A stretch of DNA of 64,000 nt from Gnetum montanum. Lineage: Eukaryota > Plantae > Gnetophyta. The notes under the pieces were generated by a model. It did no database searches. It had not been told where the DNA came from and was given only the letters and a program-made list of their open reading frames with translations. Of the stretch, positions 11,202 through 24,199 are shown in pieces. Position numbers and translations under genes: made by a program. The first letter of the stretch is position 1, and each line of letters begins with the position of its first letter. The DNA lies in assembly GCA_015680685.1 (NCBI GenBank), contig MNCI01001670.1:203637-267636 (forward strand). Reading direction: 5' to 3'.

Positions 11202-14200
11202 TTATGTCCAAGGGGGTGGTGGCTCCTTCATCAATCTCTTTCTTTTGTCATCAGGCTTTTGGAATTAATAGTGGTTAAGTAATGCTTGAAGTTTCTCCTC
11301 TTCTAATTTGTGATCATGTGCCATCCACATCAATTCGTTGATGTTTGTTGGAGTTGGTACTTCCCATGGGTAAGGTAATTATGGAAACATCTTATTTTCC
11401 TTCACATACCATGTCATGAATTGCCTTCATTCTTCTTTAAATGCTCTAGTTACTTTTATGAGTTTCTAGTAATCTATCACTCTATAAGCTAGATTTGCTA
11501 CAATGTCCTTTTGGTCATGGTAGTTGGGCTTAACTACTTGAAGTTTAGCATTTGTAATGTGCAGTTTCTATTGTGCATCTTTTTGATCTGCAAACTCTTT
11601 TTCATACATTGCATATACTGAGGCCACTTGTTGCTCTAGTTCATTTCTAGGTCTTCCTACTGTGAGCATGGATAGATTAGCATAATGGAGGTTTTCTAAT
11701 CCCATGTATTCTATGAAATCTTCAATATGCAAGTAATTATTCTTAACTTTAGCTTGATAAACATGGGCAAGACCATCCAAGATTGGCTACCAATTAGGTG
11801 TTTGCATTGTTATGGTGTTGATTTTGGCCTTAGCCATCTGGATTTCTTTTTCATTGATCTATTTATACATATCCACTTTGCCTCTGAAGTTCTACTTAAT
11901 AATTTCATGCTTCTTGGCCTCGTTTTATCACACACTAATCTTAGTATCTAACTTCTAGTGGATTATGTGAACTTCCTTCATTAATATGGTTCTATTTTCC
12001 CTAGTCTTGGTTAACTCTTATAAACTACTCTCTCAGTTGATGGATGCTCTCTTCAAGAACATTCTTTTGTTTCTCAATGTTAGTCAACCTTATATTCTCT
12101 ACATGAATCCTCTTGTTTTATTCCTCTAAAGTAAGTAGGGCTTTGATATGAACATATGTTTATGCTTCAACCATTGAAGTGTTTCATGTTTCTTTCTCCT
12201 TCTCCATTTCAACTTGAATACTTTTGGCTACCAACTAGGCTACCTGCTTAGTTCTAAATTTATCTAGCTACTCTGGTGTTATGTATTATGTAGGGTCTTG
12301 TTTCTCTACTCTTAATGCTACTAATTCAACTTGCAATCTCTACACCTTATTCTCTACATGTTTAGCCCTAGTTTTAGCCATCACCATCTTGTCCTTTCTT
12401 GAAATAAGCTCAAACTACACTTTAGTAATATCACTAGGGATAACATAAAGGTTTTGAATCACTTATCCTATCTGTAGTAGTTGATCTAGGATGTCTTGAT
12501 GCTATTGTAGGGGCATAGTAGTTTCAGATGTTGTTTCAACATATTTGGTTCTAGTCATATCTACTAGTGGCATAATTGAAACATTGAAGGAATCCTTGAT
12601 ATAATCAATAATAACTTCAACTACTCCTACTACATATTGATGTTTCATAACTACAACTGTGGCTCCTTCTTCTATTTCTAGCATAACTTGGAAGGATGCA
12701 ATGTTCCTTGATATTTTTTGTGTCCAATTCTCATCTTCTCCTACTTGTAATTATATTTGACCACTAGTAGATCTTGGTGATACTATAGGCTTTATGGGAT
12801 TGTCCTTAACTTGGTACATGCTTAAGACTTCTCTATTTCCCCAATAAATTATTTCTTCAATCTATGGTAAATGGCTCATAGAAAGTTTGTAATCTTGTTA
12901 TGCTGGTAGAGAACATGATCCTAGCCTATCACCAACTAGTGTTGACCAATTGGGTCCTACTTGTTCTTGTTCTATGATTGGAATATTTTTAGTTGGTGTG
13001 GATCTTGCAACTCCTTTAGTGCCTACTAGCTTCTCCAATTGATTTTTCTTTGGAGACATTGGCTTTGAAATCTAAGTGTTGTATGCATTCTAGGCTTTAT
13101 GTAGCACATAATTACTATATTCCATAATTCTAGCTTGCTTACATAGGTTTCCTTCGAGGTAAGAAAATGACAAAGTGAGTCTCCATGCCTTTTTTTCTTC
13201 AAAACGTTTTTGGATTTCTAGAAAGAATAGAGGAGTCATGTTTACTTGAAATTTTCCCATAATGATGGCACTTTCTATTGTAGCATAGATGGAAATCTTG
13301 TTTAATCTTTTGGTGGAAAAAATATGGTAAGTTTCAATCTTGAAGTGTATCATTTGTTTGATGGGCAATCCACTAAATCCTTTGTTTGCTATTTTGTAAG
13401 CCCTTTGTAACCACAAATTATTTGCATTAGTGTTAGATCTTGTGGGTGTTTATGTAATATTTTCTCTAATATTTGAAAGATTTAGTGCCTTTTCAATTTC
13501 TTCAACTTAATAAGGAATTGTGATTCCCTCAATTTTGATTGTGGAATGATCTTATTTATTTCTCTAGAATTGATAAACTTCCCCTAAGTACCATTCGCTA
13601 TTGCATGACAATGTTAGCCAAACTGGAGAGGCTTGAAGTTTCTCTTGGATATTAGTAGGTGTGAACTCCATGAATGATTCAATGTTAAGTTCCACAATGA
13701 CTATGGATATGTTGGACTTCTCCTAGATAGCTTGGAGACACTTACTTGACAACATAAGATGCTATCCTTGCTCTTGAGTTAGTAGTGCTTTAGCTTCATC
13801 TTTTGTGGAATGTTCTTTTGTAGGTGCTTATTACATGAATGTTGAGGGACTAAGCCTTTTTCTCAGCTTTTGGATCCTATTCTCTAGCTTGTCCCCTTCC
13901 TCTAGGTCTTTTACCTCTTTGTTGTGAGGGTCTTTCAGTTGCAAATCTTTTAGGAGCCATTTGTAATCATAAAGGATTCATTTAAGATTACCCAAGATTT
14001 TCAAATAAGTTTCTAATGGTTCATAATCCTTTCTCAGTTCCTTGGATTTGATCAAGATTTATCCTTATTATAATGTTTTAGCTCTTATTAGGATTGTAGA
14101 GTTGAAAATTTTTCAAAAGGAAACCCATAATTGATGTATTTTCTAATGTATTATGAACAAATTAGTCCTCTATGACCTCTCACAATGGTTATTTTCTTAT

Positions 14201-14222
14201 TTACATATTTTTGAATGGTCAT
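11202..14222 (-). pseudogene. Degenerate extra (env-position) ORF of Athila C, function unknown
   Basis: Sense-strand ORF fragments 11568-11780, 12502-12684 and 13090-13416 lie between pol and PPT. Candidate start MTIQKYVNKK and end EPPPPWT*; charged, helical-looking composition. Confidence 0.55.
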
Positions 14223-15969
14223 TTGGAAAAAATGTTTAAGTTTACTTGGTTATTTAGTGAAAATGTGAATAGTTATTATAGTTCTTAACCTTGATATATT
14301 CTTCCACATTTTAGAGAAATTTAGAGAAATTTTACTCAAATTTCTCAAGTTGCATAGTGCTCTATCCCATGACTAAGTTGATTACTTTATGATCCAAAGG
14401 GTTCAAGAATCATGCAAATTAGAGCTATGGTAAGGAAGTTACGAAGCTTGGAAATTTCATTGCTAGAGGGTTAGAAAATTGACATGAACTCCCTATGCAT
14501 CAAATGAAAAGAATAAAAACTTTCTAGCTTCTTGTGCATATATATAGATTTTTGTAGTGGCGAAATCGTAGATATGACATCGTAGCTGCTAGGAGCTAAT
14601 ACATTGTAGCTACAACATCACCATTAAAAATTTGATATTTTGAGAAATTTTTAATGAAAAATTGAGTGAAATGAATAGTCTAGAAGATGTAGAAGTACTT
14701 TAAAAGGTTCTTGAGTAATGATGATGCTCAAAATATGAGAATTTAGAATTAAAGGTATATGAAAGAAGGAATCATAGGCAAATTAAGTCAATGAGATCTA
14801 TAGGAGATGGTTGGTAGGAATTGTTAAGAGCATGATTAGATATGAGTGTGTAGGAGAGAAAAAATGATTGTTTAAGTGTTTTGGAGGCATAAGATTATGT
14901 GGAATTTTTCATCAGGTATGAAGCACTAAAGTTAGACAAGTGGATCCTCCCCAAAGTAGGCTCCAACCCTTAATGCTCTTGTATACTTACACCTACAAGT
15001 GTCTATAGGAACCCAAGGATTTAAATGTAAAACATACCTGTCTTCTGAGACACACATGTTAGTATTATCTTAATGGAAAAAAACTATATTATACAAAATC
15101 ATTAAATGATGATTGTATATAATAATGAGATGGAAATGGAAATAGTAGGGATTGTAGAAAATGCAACATGAGGTGTCTTACCATAGGCATAATGTATTAT
15201 GTGTGAAATAAATTATTAAAGTAATCTATATTCCTTTTGTTCAAGATCCAAACCAAGCCCATATTACTTACTAGTGACATCACATTATATCATCTCAACA
15301 CTAACAACCATAAGACTATCACTATTGCAAGAAGTATTGTCACTTGACAAAGAATTTCAAGGAAGTAGTTTTATTAATAGCACACTATTTTTTAAAGGAG
15401 ACTTGAGCATTGGATAGGGGAGTGTCTTTAGGCATAGATAACATGTCTTTCTAGTCCTGTAATTAATACAAGTCCAATAAATATTAAAATTTCTATGAAG
15501 TATCCTACCTTTAAGCATGGGTAACATGTATTTACAATGGAATCCCCATAAATCTTTATTCTATATATTTGTTATGTTAGTACTATGTTAACCTTGCTAA
15601 AGGACTACCTTCAGGCATGGGAAACATGTCTTTCAATTGCCATGGTAAGGCAACACTTATTTTATACATACTTCCATTTTTCATTATAACACAAGTAGAT
15701 AATACAACTTAATAGTAGGATAAGACTTAGAGTAGTAGCCTTAGAGAATCCAAAAATACCTTTGATATCACATCCTTTTTATTCTCACTTAGTTCTTTAC
15801 TTTTCTATCTTGGCATAATGATCACAAATTTATTTTACCTTTATTGTGAAAAAATATCATTATATCCATGGTAAGAAATTTTTATTATTGGAAATGAGTG
15901 GATGGATGATGTGGTTTCATGATATATAAAATTAATTATTCAATAGCTTAATAACATAGAATAAAATTT

Positions 15970-18900
15970 GCATTTTTGGGATTACATCTTGTTTTATTCC
16001 TTTCCATTGCTAGTCAAGTGATAGATCTACATAGCATCAGATTGGTATGTAGCATGGATGATTTAGGTTCCCTTCCATAAGGTTTGGAAATTAGCTTTCT
16101 ATGGAACATGACTGGGATTATAGTAGATGACTTCATCAACCAACTTAATAGACACTTGTCTTATTTCAACATTATGCCTACATTTAGAGTACTTTTTATG
16201 AATTTCATTACTAATTTGGGCTACCAATAAGTTTTTATCTAGGATATTGAGATTCATGAGGTGTTCTCTTTGAGCTAAGATTAAATCAAGATCAAGTGTA
16301 CTAGCATTGGAAAGGGTATTGAGATATGCTTGGCTTGGTAATGTAGGTAGTTTACGGTAAAGTAATTAATCCGTGGAATACTATATAGAAAGTTTTCAAG
16401 TTGACGTATTTTCCCATAGAGCATAATTAAGTTTAGTGCTTCAATCATTTCTATAATAAATAACTATTCTACTTAATATTCTTGTGGTTTCCCAACTTCT
16501 TGACCATTTTCTTGGGAATGATATGTTGTAGTTAGTTTGTGATTCACCCTGAGTTATTGCATTAGCTTTTGAATGTAGCTCTTGTACAGTGAGTCCTATT
16601 GTCAAATATAAGCATGCATTGTACTATAAATCTACTCACTACATGTTTTTGAAAGAATTTAGTAGTTTTTTTGGCTATGTAATTCTTAGCTATAGCTACT
16701 TCTATCCACTTAGTGTAATAATCAACTATTACTATAATGTAGGACTTTCCATTTGACATTGGTGTGATGGGATCCATGAAGTTAATTCTCCAAATGTTGA
16801 AAGGTTCCAATGGTTTTATCTAGTATTTTAATCTTCATTTATGGCTATCAGCCCTCTATGTTTTTGGCATATTTCACAAGATTATGCAAACCAATGTGCA
16901 TCCTTCAATATGGTAGGCCAAAAGTAATCTATTATTATCAATTTTAGTGTTATCCTTCATCCTACGTAGTGACCACCACATGGTCTTTCATGTGCATCTT
17001 ATAAGATATTTTTTTAATGATGAGTGGTTAGGTATTTCAACATTCCACCATACAAGTCACGAGTGTACACATGCGACCTAGTCATAATCCGTGGATGGAT
17101 AATGTAGATTCACAAGTAGTTGAGGTTTGGTTCACGATCATTATCTTCTTACTTTAAGTTAGTGAAGTTCAAGATGTGTGTTTTAACTCTTGGTGAGGCA
17201 TATGATAAATTGATGTTGTTGGCTCTCTTCCAGAATACACCATCTAATCAATCCATTAACACATATCTTGTAAAGATTTCCATTCATTTCCATATATCTC
17301 CTCACTTTGTGAAGGAATTGTTCCTATTATTTCTTGTTCCATTCAATAGGAAGATCTTATTTGGTAAGATACATTATGTAAATAATAAGACATGAATACT
17401 CTAATGAGTTTACAACCATTGCAATTTTGTTGAATAAGTTTTCATTTGATACTCATTCATCATTCTCATGGGATTTTCATCTAAGTCTTAATAAATGATT
17501 TGTACCATATTTTTTGTTTCTTTCAAATTGATCATGGTACAATCAACCTCTTGTAAGATAACTAGCCATCTTATCACTCTAGGACTAATTGTTGATTTAT
17601 TCATTAGAAATCGAATGGCACTGGGATCCATGTAGACACAAACAGGGTACTCAAGCACATAATGTCTAAATTTTTTAAGTGCATACACCATGATCATTAG
17701 CTCCTTTTTTGTTGTGATGTAGTTAATTTTTGTGTTGGTGATGCTTTGGCTAGCGCAGTGTATATAATAAGATCATTTTTTATCATCCAGTTGAGTTAGT
17801 ACTACTTCTAGTACATATTTTGAAGCATCTATCATAATGTGGAAAGGGTTTTTTCAATCTAGAGCTTGAAGGATTGGTGTCTTAGTTAATTTTTATTTTA
17901 AGGTCTCAAATGTTTTCTCACATTACTCTTTCCATAGAAATTGTGCATATTTCTTAGTTAATTCTACAAGTGATTTTACAATATTTGAAAAGTTTTCAAT
18001 TAACCTTCTGTAGTATCTTGTATGACTAAGAAATGATTTAACATCTTTGATAGTTTGTGGCCTCTAAGTTATTTTCTAAATAACTCTGATCTTATCTCGG
18101 TCTACCTCTATTTTCTTGTGAGATACTTTGTGTCCCAGAACTATATCACCTTGAACCATTAAATAGCTTTTCTACTAACTGCACTTTAGATTAGTTTCTA
18201 CACATCTTTTCAATACTTGCTCTAAATTGTCCAAGGCTTGTTTGAAATCCAACCCACATGAGGAGAACTCATTCATAAAGACCTTAACTCCATTACCAAT
18301 TTTTTTTGGAATATGTTGAGTACATGTTTTTGAAAGTTAGTGCATGCATTACATAAGCCAAAGGACATTTTCTTACATGCAAATGTTCTCCATGGACTGG
18401 TGAATGTGGTCCATTCTTGGTCTTTTGGTGTAATGAAAATTTGATTTTACCCACTATATTCATCTAGAAAGCTGTAATACTAGTGTCTTACTATGGTATC
18501 TAGGACTTGGTTAACAAATAGTACAGAAAAATGATCATTAAATGTCATCATGTTTAACAATCTAAAATTAATTTATACCCTCCACTTTTCATCTTTCTTT
18601 GGTACAATGACTAATGAGCTAATCCATTCATTGTCTACTATTAGGTAGATGAACCCTACTTTCAATAGTGTCTCTAACTCTTGTTTAACAACTTAAGCTT
18701 TGGATTCAACCTCCTTTGAGATTGGTGGTATGGTTTGATAGCTAGATCTGTATAGATTTGATGTTGGTAGATGCATGGATTAATTCCAGTGATCTCTTCA
18801 TAGGACTATGCAAAAGTAGTTGGCCATTTATTTACCACTTCTAGTAATTTTTTCTTATGTTCCTTATCAAGTTTGTCATTTATAATTACTAATTTTTTAT

Positions 18901-21153
18901 TATTTAAAAAAGCATATTTAAGAATATTTAGTTGGGCTTTCAGTTCTACGGATTCAAGTTCATATTTCTCTTATATCTCTAGTTATTTCCATTTAATATC
19001 TTCCTTCTGATGTGAGTTCATGTAANGCATGATAATTATGATGTTCTTATCTATAGGTATTGGAAGCATGATGTTTTTTTGAGAAGTGTGTGTGTATGGG
19101 ATAGTGTTAGGTAAAGTCCCCATCCTTCAAACCATTTCTATACTTATCCTTAAAAATGTTTCTTGGTTCTTGGTCCACTTGTGACTGCCTCCTCTTATGT
19201 AGTTACTACCTTGGTTGTGCTCTTTTGTTATGGTTGTGATTGCAGCTCTCCTTGCATGACTAGTTGTGGTACTAGCTGGAGGGAGTTAGGATTATGAAGT
19301 GAAGAACAAGTTGTTCATTAAAACATGTAAGAATTTAGATCCATCGATATAGTGCATCAATGATATTCTAGTGAATAGTAGTGAGCATGGGCAAAAGTAT
19401 TCTCTAGAGATATTGGACATTAAACAAAGTATCCATTAGGATCATGTTTCCTAAATGGATATAATTTCCTTGGTGGTGACATTCTCCACACTTGTGGTTG
19501 TTTACAGTACTTCCACTATAGCTCCTACGGTTGAGGATAAGCCTTACTTGGATAATACATTTTTTGGTAGGGTTGTTTAAAGTTACCTTCTATAAAAGGT
19601 AATCTTTTGGGCATCCGTTTCTTGAAAAACTTTGGATTAAGTGCATATAACCTGGATTGTTGTAAGTGGATCATAATAGGGCAACATCCCTCAGGATGTT
19701 CGTACCGACACACTTTACATTCTTTGTTGTCTTTCAAACTAGAGTCCATGATTTCCTCTTCTGTAGCAAATTTTCCTTTATTTCTATAGTGTTTTTGTCC
19801 ATTTTCTCTTCTTTTCTTCTTATCTTTACTTTTGTTTAGGGCTTGTTCAGTCTTCTCTTTTTCTATCTTTAACTTTGTAGCAAATTTTTCATCTACAAAG
19901 TCCCACATTTTCTCTCCCTTGATTGGAATCTTATTAACTGATTTCTAAATAGGTAGAGTCTTCTATTTGATCATATCTTCTAAAGTTTCCTCTTCTTGAA
20001 ATTCATATAATTTTACATCACTTTCTCTTATGGTGGAATCTCTGTTATATTCTTCAATTGATTATCTTTTTCTTTAACTCTTCTTCTTTTGCCACTTGGT
20101 TAATAAATAACTTGCCTTAGGCATATACCCCATGGATTTCTCTTCTCTTATTTCTTATCCCATCGAAAATGTGTCATAATTTCTCCCTTTGAGAAAATTA
20201 GTGGCATGGGAACCTATGTAATAGTGAATTGTATTTGTCCATTTCCACATCAAGGGATTTATATGTCCCTTGCTTTCATCCTTGAATCTATTTTCTCAAA
20301 TGAGATACTCTGGAATAAGTTTGATATTTGTCATTGAAGAGCTCTAGCATGACACTCCATCTTTGAATGGATTCTAGTTCTAATGATCTATACCAACTCT
20401 CTACTTCCTTTATAAGTATCCTCAAAAACAATTTTAGTTTCTACCAATCATTTTCAATGTTTTGTAGGGCATAGGCATTGTGGAAGACTTGAAGATGGTG
20501 CTCTAGATCTGCATTATATCCACCTTCAAATTTTAGGATATTATTCATGTCTAGTCACTTGATGTGACTATCCCTTATGTGATTAGTAGGAATATATATT
20601 GCTTCTCTGATATTAATCATATCTCAAGTGGTCAATAGGAGTTCTTCATAATCATAAGGTTCATGAGCTTGATTGTACTGGTAACTCCTTCAATGCTCAT
20701 AATGCTCTCTCGCTTCATATCTGATCCTTTCTTTGCTTCTTTGTTCATTGTCCTCTTCTTCATTAGGATGTCTTATTTGATGCTTATGTCTCTTAGGATC
20801 CCTCTATCTCTTCCTATCATGATCCCACACTCTTCTTTCTATCTTGACATAATCTCTAGAGGAGTTTGAGGAGGAAGAGGAAGAAGTTGGAGAATGGTGA
20901 TGGCTAGTTCTCCTTTTATAACTACTTAATTCATCCTTTTTTAATTTAGTGGAGGTTCTAGGTCTTAAGTTCTTCCTAAATGTGGAGTCTTCCTTGTCAC
21001 CTATGGGTGTTTCTATAAGAGTTGAATGCAATTGTATTTTCATGGGATCTTTGATATAGATGATTAGTATTTGAGAGTGAGATCCATGGGTTTGATAGAA
21101 TTTCTCTATTTAGAACATAAAAACATCTCTTTCCTCTATGACAACCATTTGTG
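15970..21153 (-). pseudogene. gag-pol: Athila C gag-pol remnant (gag 5' end continues at 37563-~37950)
   Basis: CKVCRYEHPEGCCP knuckle; RT; VYALKKFRHYVL (RH); HERPCGGHY; EPFNIWRINFMDP..VDYYTKWIE (integrase). Confidence 0.9.
17018..17225 (-). repeat. Truncated LTR (U5 end) of the C family inside C's own integrase
   Basis: Colinear with 10068-10276 and 38088-38295; interrupts IRWCILEE|..NIL*DAHERPCGGHY. Confidence 0.9.
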
Positions 21154-22267
21154 GTAGTTGTTAACCTTTTGATATGTCAAAACCTTATGGAAAATGGAGA
21201 ACATAGATTGTTGTGGAATGTGATGTTTTGCAAGGACAAAGGAGAGCTATAAGAATGGAATCTACAAGAAATCTCAAAGTAGAGATTACAAGGTTTCAAG
21301 GGAGCATGAATGCGTAAAGAGGACTACAAGATGATGCTTTGATGATTAAGGGGAAGCTTTGGGAATCAAAGTTCAAAAGCTAAAAAGATGTCTTGTAGAA
21401 GATAAAGATGTCTTGGTTGAAGTACAAAAGAACCAAAGAAGATGCTTCCTAAAAATAGGAGACATCTCCTTTGGAAAAGAGACATATTTCTATAATTAAA
21501 GTCATTTTCAAAGAGACATTTCCATATCAAAGAAGAAATCTTCACTAGCTATTAGATAGCCTTTGCATGAATTGCAAGATGATTTCAAAAACTTCAAAGC
21601 TATAAAAGGACTTCATTCTCTTGGATAATGTGCAAGTTTTTGAGTAAGCAAGTGTCAACATCAAGCAATCATTGTGTACTTTATTTGTATACCTCATTGT
21701 ACCATTATTTGTACTATTATAGTGGTTTTATTAGACTATGCCTCAAAGTATAAGGACCAGCAAATTAGTTGCATTATTTTCTTGTAACTTCTATGTCTAT
21801 TTTTTTGTTGCCCCACTAAGGTTTATGTGTTTCTTGTGAGAAGGCATCATCTTTGAGCTTGTTGGGACCTAGCTGGGTTGAGTGGTTGGTGTAGTGTCAA
21901 AACACTTTGAAGCAAAGATCAAATTTGTAAAGGTTGTGGGATCCCTGAAACCACATTCTATACTTGTCAAGATGTAGTTTTGTTAAGTGGATTCACAGTG
22001 ACAAATCACTCTAGAGTAAAGCTTTGAGCTTGTATAGGGTGTGGTACCCTTCAAACCAGATTTTTAGAGAAACAAAGTCTGGAGGTGTGTAAGCGATCTA
22101 CCCTTAGAGTGTGAAGTACATAAGTTGGAAAACCACATAATTTTGTGTGTGTTTTTTATGATGATTGATTTTTGTTGGGGAACCTTTTCATCCCTCATTC
22201 TCTAAGTTTAAAGATTCTCAAGTGGTATCAAAGTAAGGTTATCTCTCATAGATAAAGCATCTTAAAC

Positions 22268-23105
22268 ATGGAAGGGGCTCTCAACATCAAAAAGCATTTG
22301 GACAAGGAGACTTATAGCTACATAAATTACTGTATTCAGCTTCTTTATCACATTTGCAAAGATAAATATTTCATTCCTCTTTTTATAGTCAAAAACAAGA
22401 AAAAATGATTGTAAAGCTAGTCAATCTAGTGACAATATGAACAACAAAGGTAGGACAAACAATGAATTTTTCTTTAAATAAAGGTACAAGTTGTTTTACA
22501 ATGAAGTTAGTTCTTTTCAAAGCCTATGTGTAGATAAAAAAGATGTTTTACAAATCAATAATATGAAAATTACTTCTCTTAATGATGAATGTTCTTATCT
22601 CAAGAAAGAAAACTTAGACTTTAATGTTGAGATTCAAAGACTAACTAATGTGATTAAGCATATGAACAAGAACTCATCAAAGAGAATCAAAGACCAAATG
22701 CAAAAAGATGGATATCTGATAGTTTCTACAAAAGAAAATCAATCTAGGTTTGATAAAAAGTTAAAACGGAAAATTTTAAATTGTTTCTTTTATGGAAAAT
22801 TTAGTTATTTTTAAGTGTTTTGCTATCTTAGAATGAATCTGTATACTTGGTCTTTGCAAAAGTAGTTTAGGTAAGGAACTTTGTAGGTTTGGAAACAAAA
22901 AATGAAAGAGCCTAAAAAAAACTTGATGGCTCAAGTAGCTTTCTCTTATGCCAAAAACGGTATGTGGTATATTAATAGTAGCTATTCAAGGCATATGAAA
23001 ATTGATAAAGTTTACTTCACCAATTTCATAGAACAAAATTGTGGAACCATCACTTTTGGAGATGACATGGAGGCTCCCATAATAGGTATTGGTACTATAG
23101 AAGGT
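22268..23105 (+). pseudogene. gag-pol: Element D shortened gag and protease N-half
   Basis: Coiled-coil region, decayed knuckle CFFYGKFSYF, WYINSSYSRHM..ITFGDD..IIGIGTIEG. Confidence 0.85.
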
Positions 23106-24199
23106 TGATGAGTTACATTTTATGTCGACTCTAACGTTCGGTATGTGATGTCACGTACGCGATGTTGGGGTCTAGATGCAACATTGCATACATGATGTCA
23201 CGGTGTATATCCCAAGGCTATAAATACCATGCCTAAGCTCTAGTTTTCAAGTGAGTTTTTGGTCTTTCTTAGTGGAAGTATCAAAGATTTTACTATTTAT
23301 TTTCCTTAGAGTTAGAATATTTTCTAAGTGCCTGTAGAAGAAGTCTAAGTGTATACAGTTCTTTGTTCAAGCATTGATGTACTTGAGTGCAGCAATGTGA
23401 CGAGAATAAAATCAACTCTTTTGACAAGCCTTGCACTAAGAATAGCTTAATATCTTCTTTATTGCATTTTATTTTTATTTACTTTACTTTAATACATTTG
23501 AGTTAAGCAATTTATTTCCAGTTGTTAATGAACATGAGCATGACCACTTTAAGCATTCATATAGTACTTGGTAATCTAGCAACACTTAACATTTGGTAGC
23601 CTAGCAATGCTACATGTGTTTAGGATGTGTCCAGGAAAGTGGGGTGGTTACTTATGTTAGTCTAGCTATGCAATAGATGAATTAGATCCTCAATTACTTT
23701 ACCTTTCATTCTTGTTGTAGGTGATCAAACTCATAAAATATAAAATAAGAAAAATCATATACCTCAATTAAACTTAAACCATATCCTTGAACTCCACAAG
23801 TGTAGTTGGGAAGACAACAAACATTCTTAACACCCATTTCACTTCCTAGAAGAGCTAGTGTAATAGGTAACTATAGGTCCATGGAATTCAACTGGATCAT
23901 GTGTAACACCTTAGTGATTCATATGGTTTGGCATAGGGGTACCTCGCCACTCATCATTAGCACCATTGCTAGGGACATTTTTATTTTTTGTGTACTATCT
24001 AGAACCTAGTGAAAAGGATTTAAATTATTGGAATAAACCTTAAAGTCATATCTTATTTCATAATTACAACAAATTCTTAGAGCAAATTGTGATTTTTATT
24101 GGCTAGCTAAAAACGTCTTCTTCTCACAGGAGAACTTCTTTGCCGAAGGTTGATAGAGTTAATTTGCCAAAGCCTCAATAGTATCAAATTATATATACT

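Noticed and set aside
15426-15637. CRISPR-like repeat-spacer appearance (also 30959-31210)
   Set aside because: Eukaryotic retroelement 3' regions, degenerate repeats, only three units and no cas genes.
19000-19060. Athila C appears to lack ~0.7 kb including the protease
   Set aside because: The missing segment coincides with the single N at 19026, so it is probably a collapsed assembly gap.
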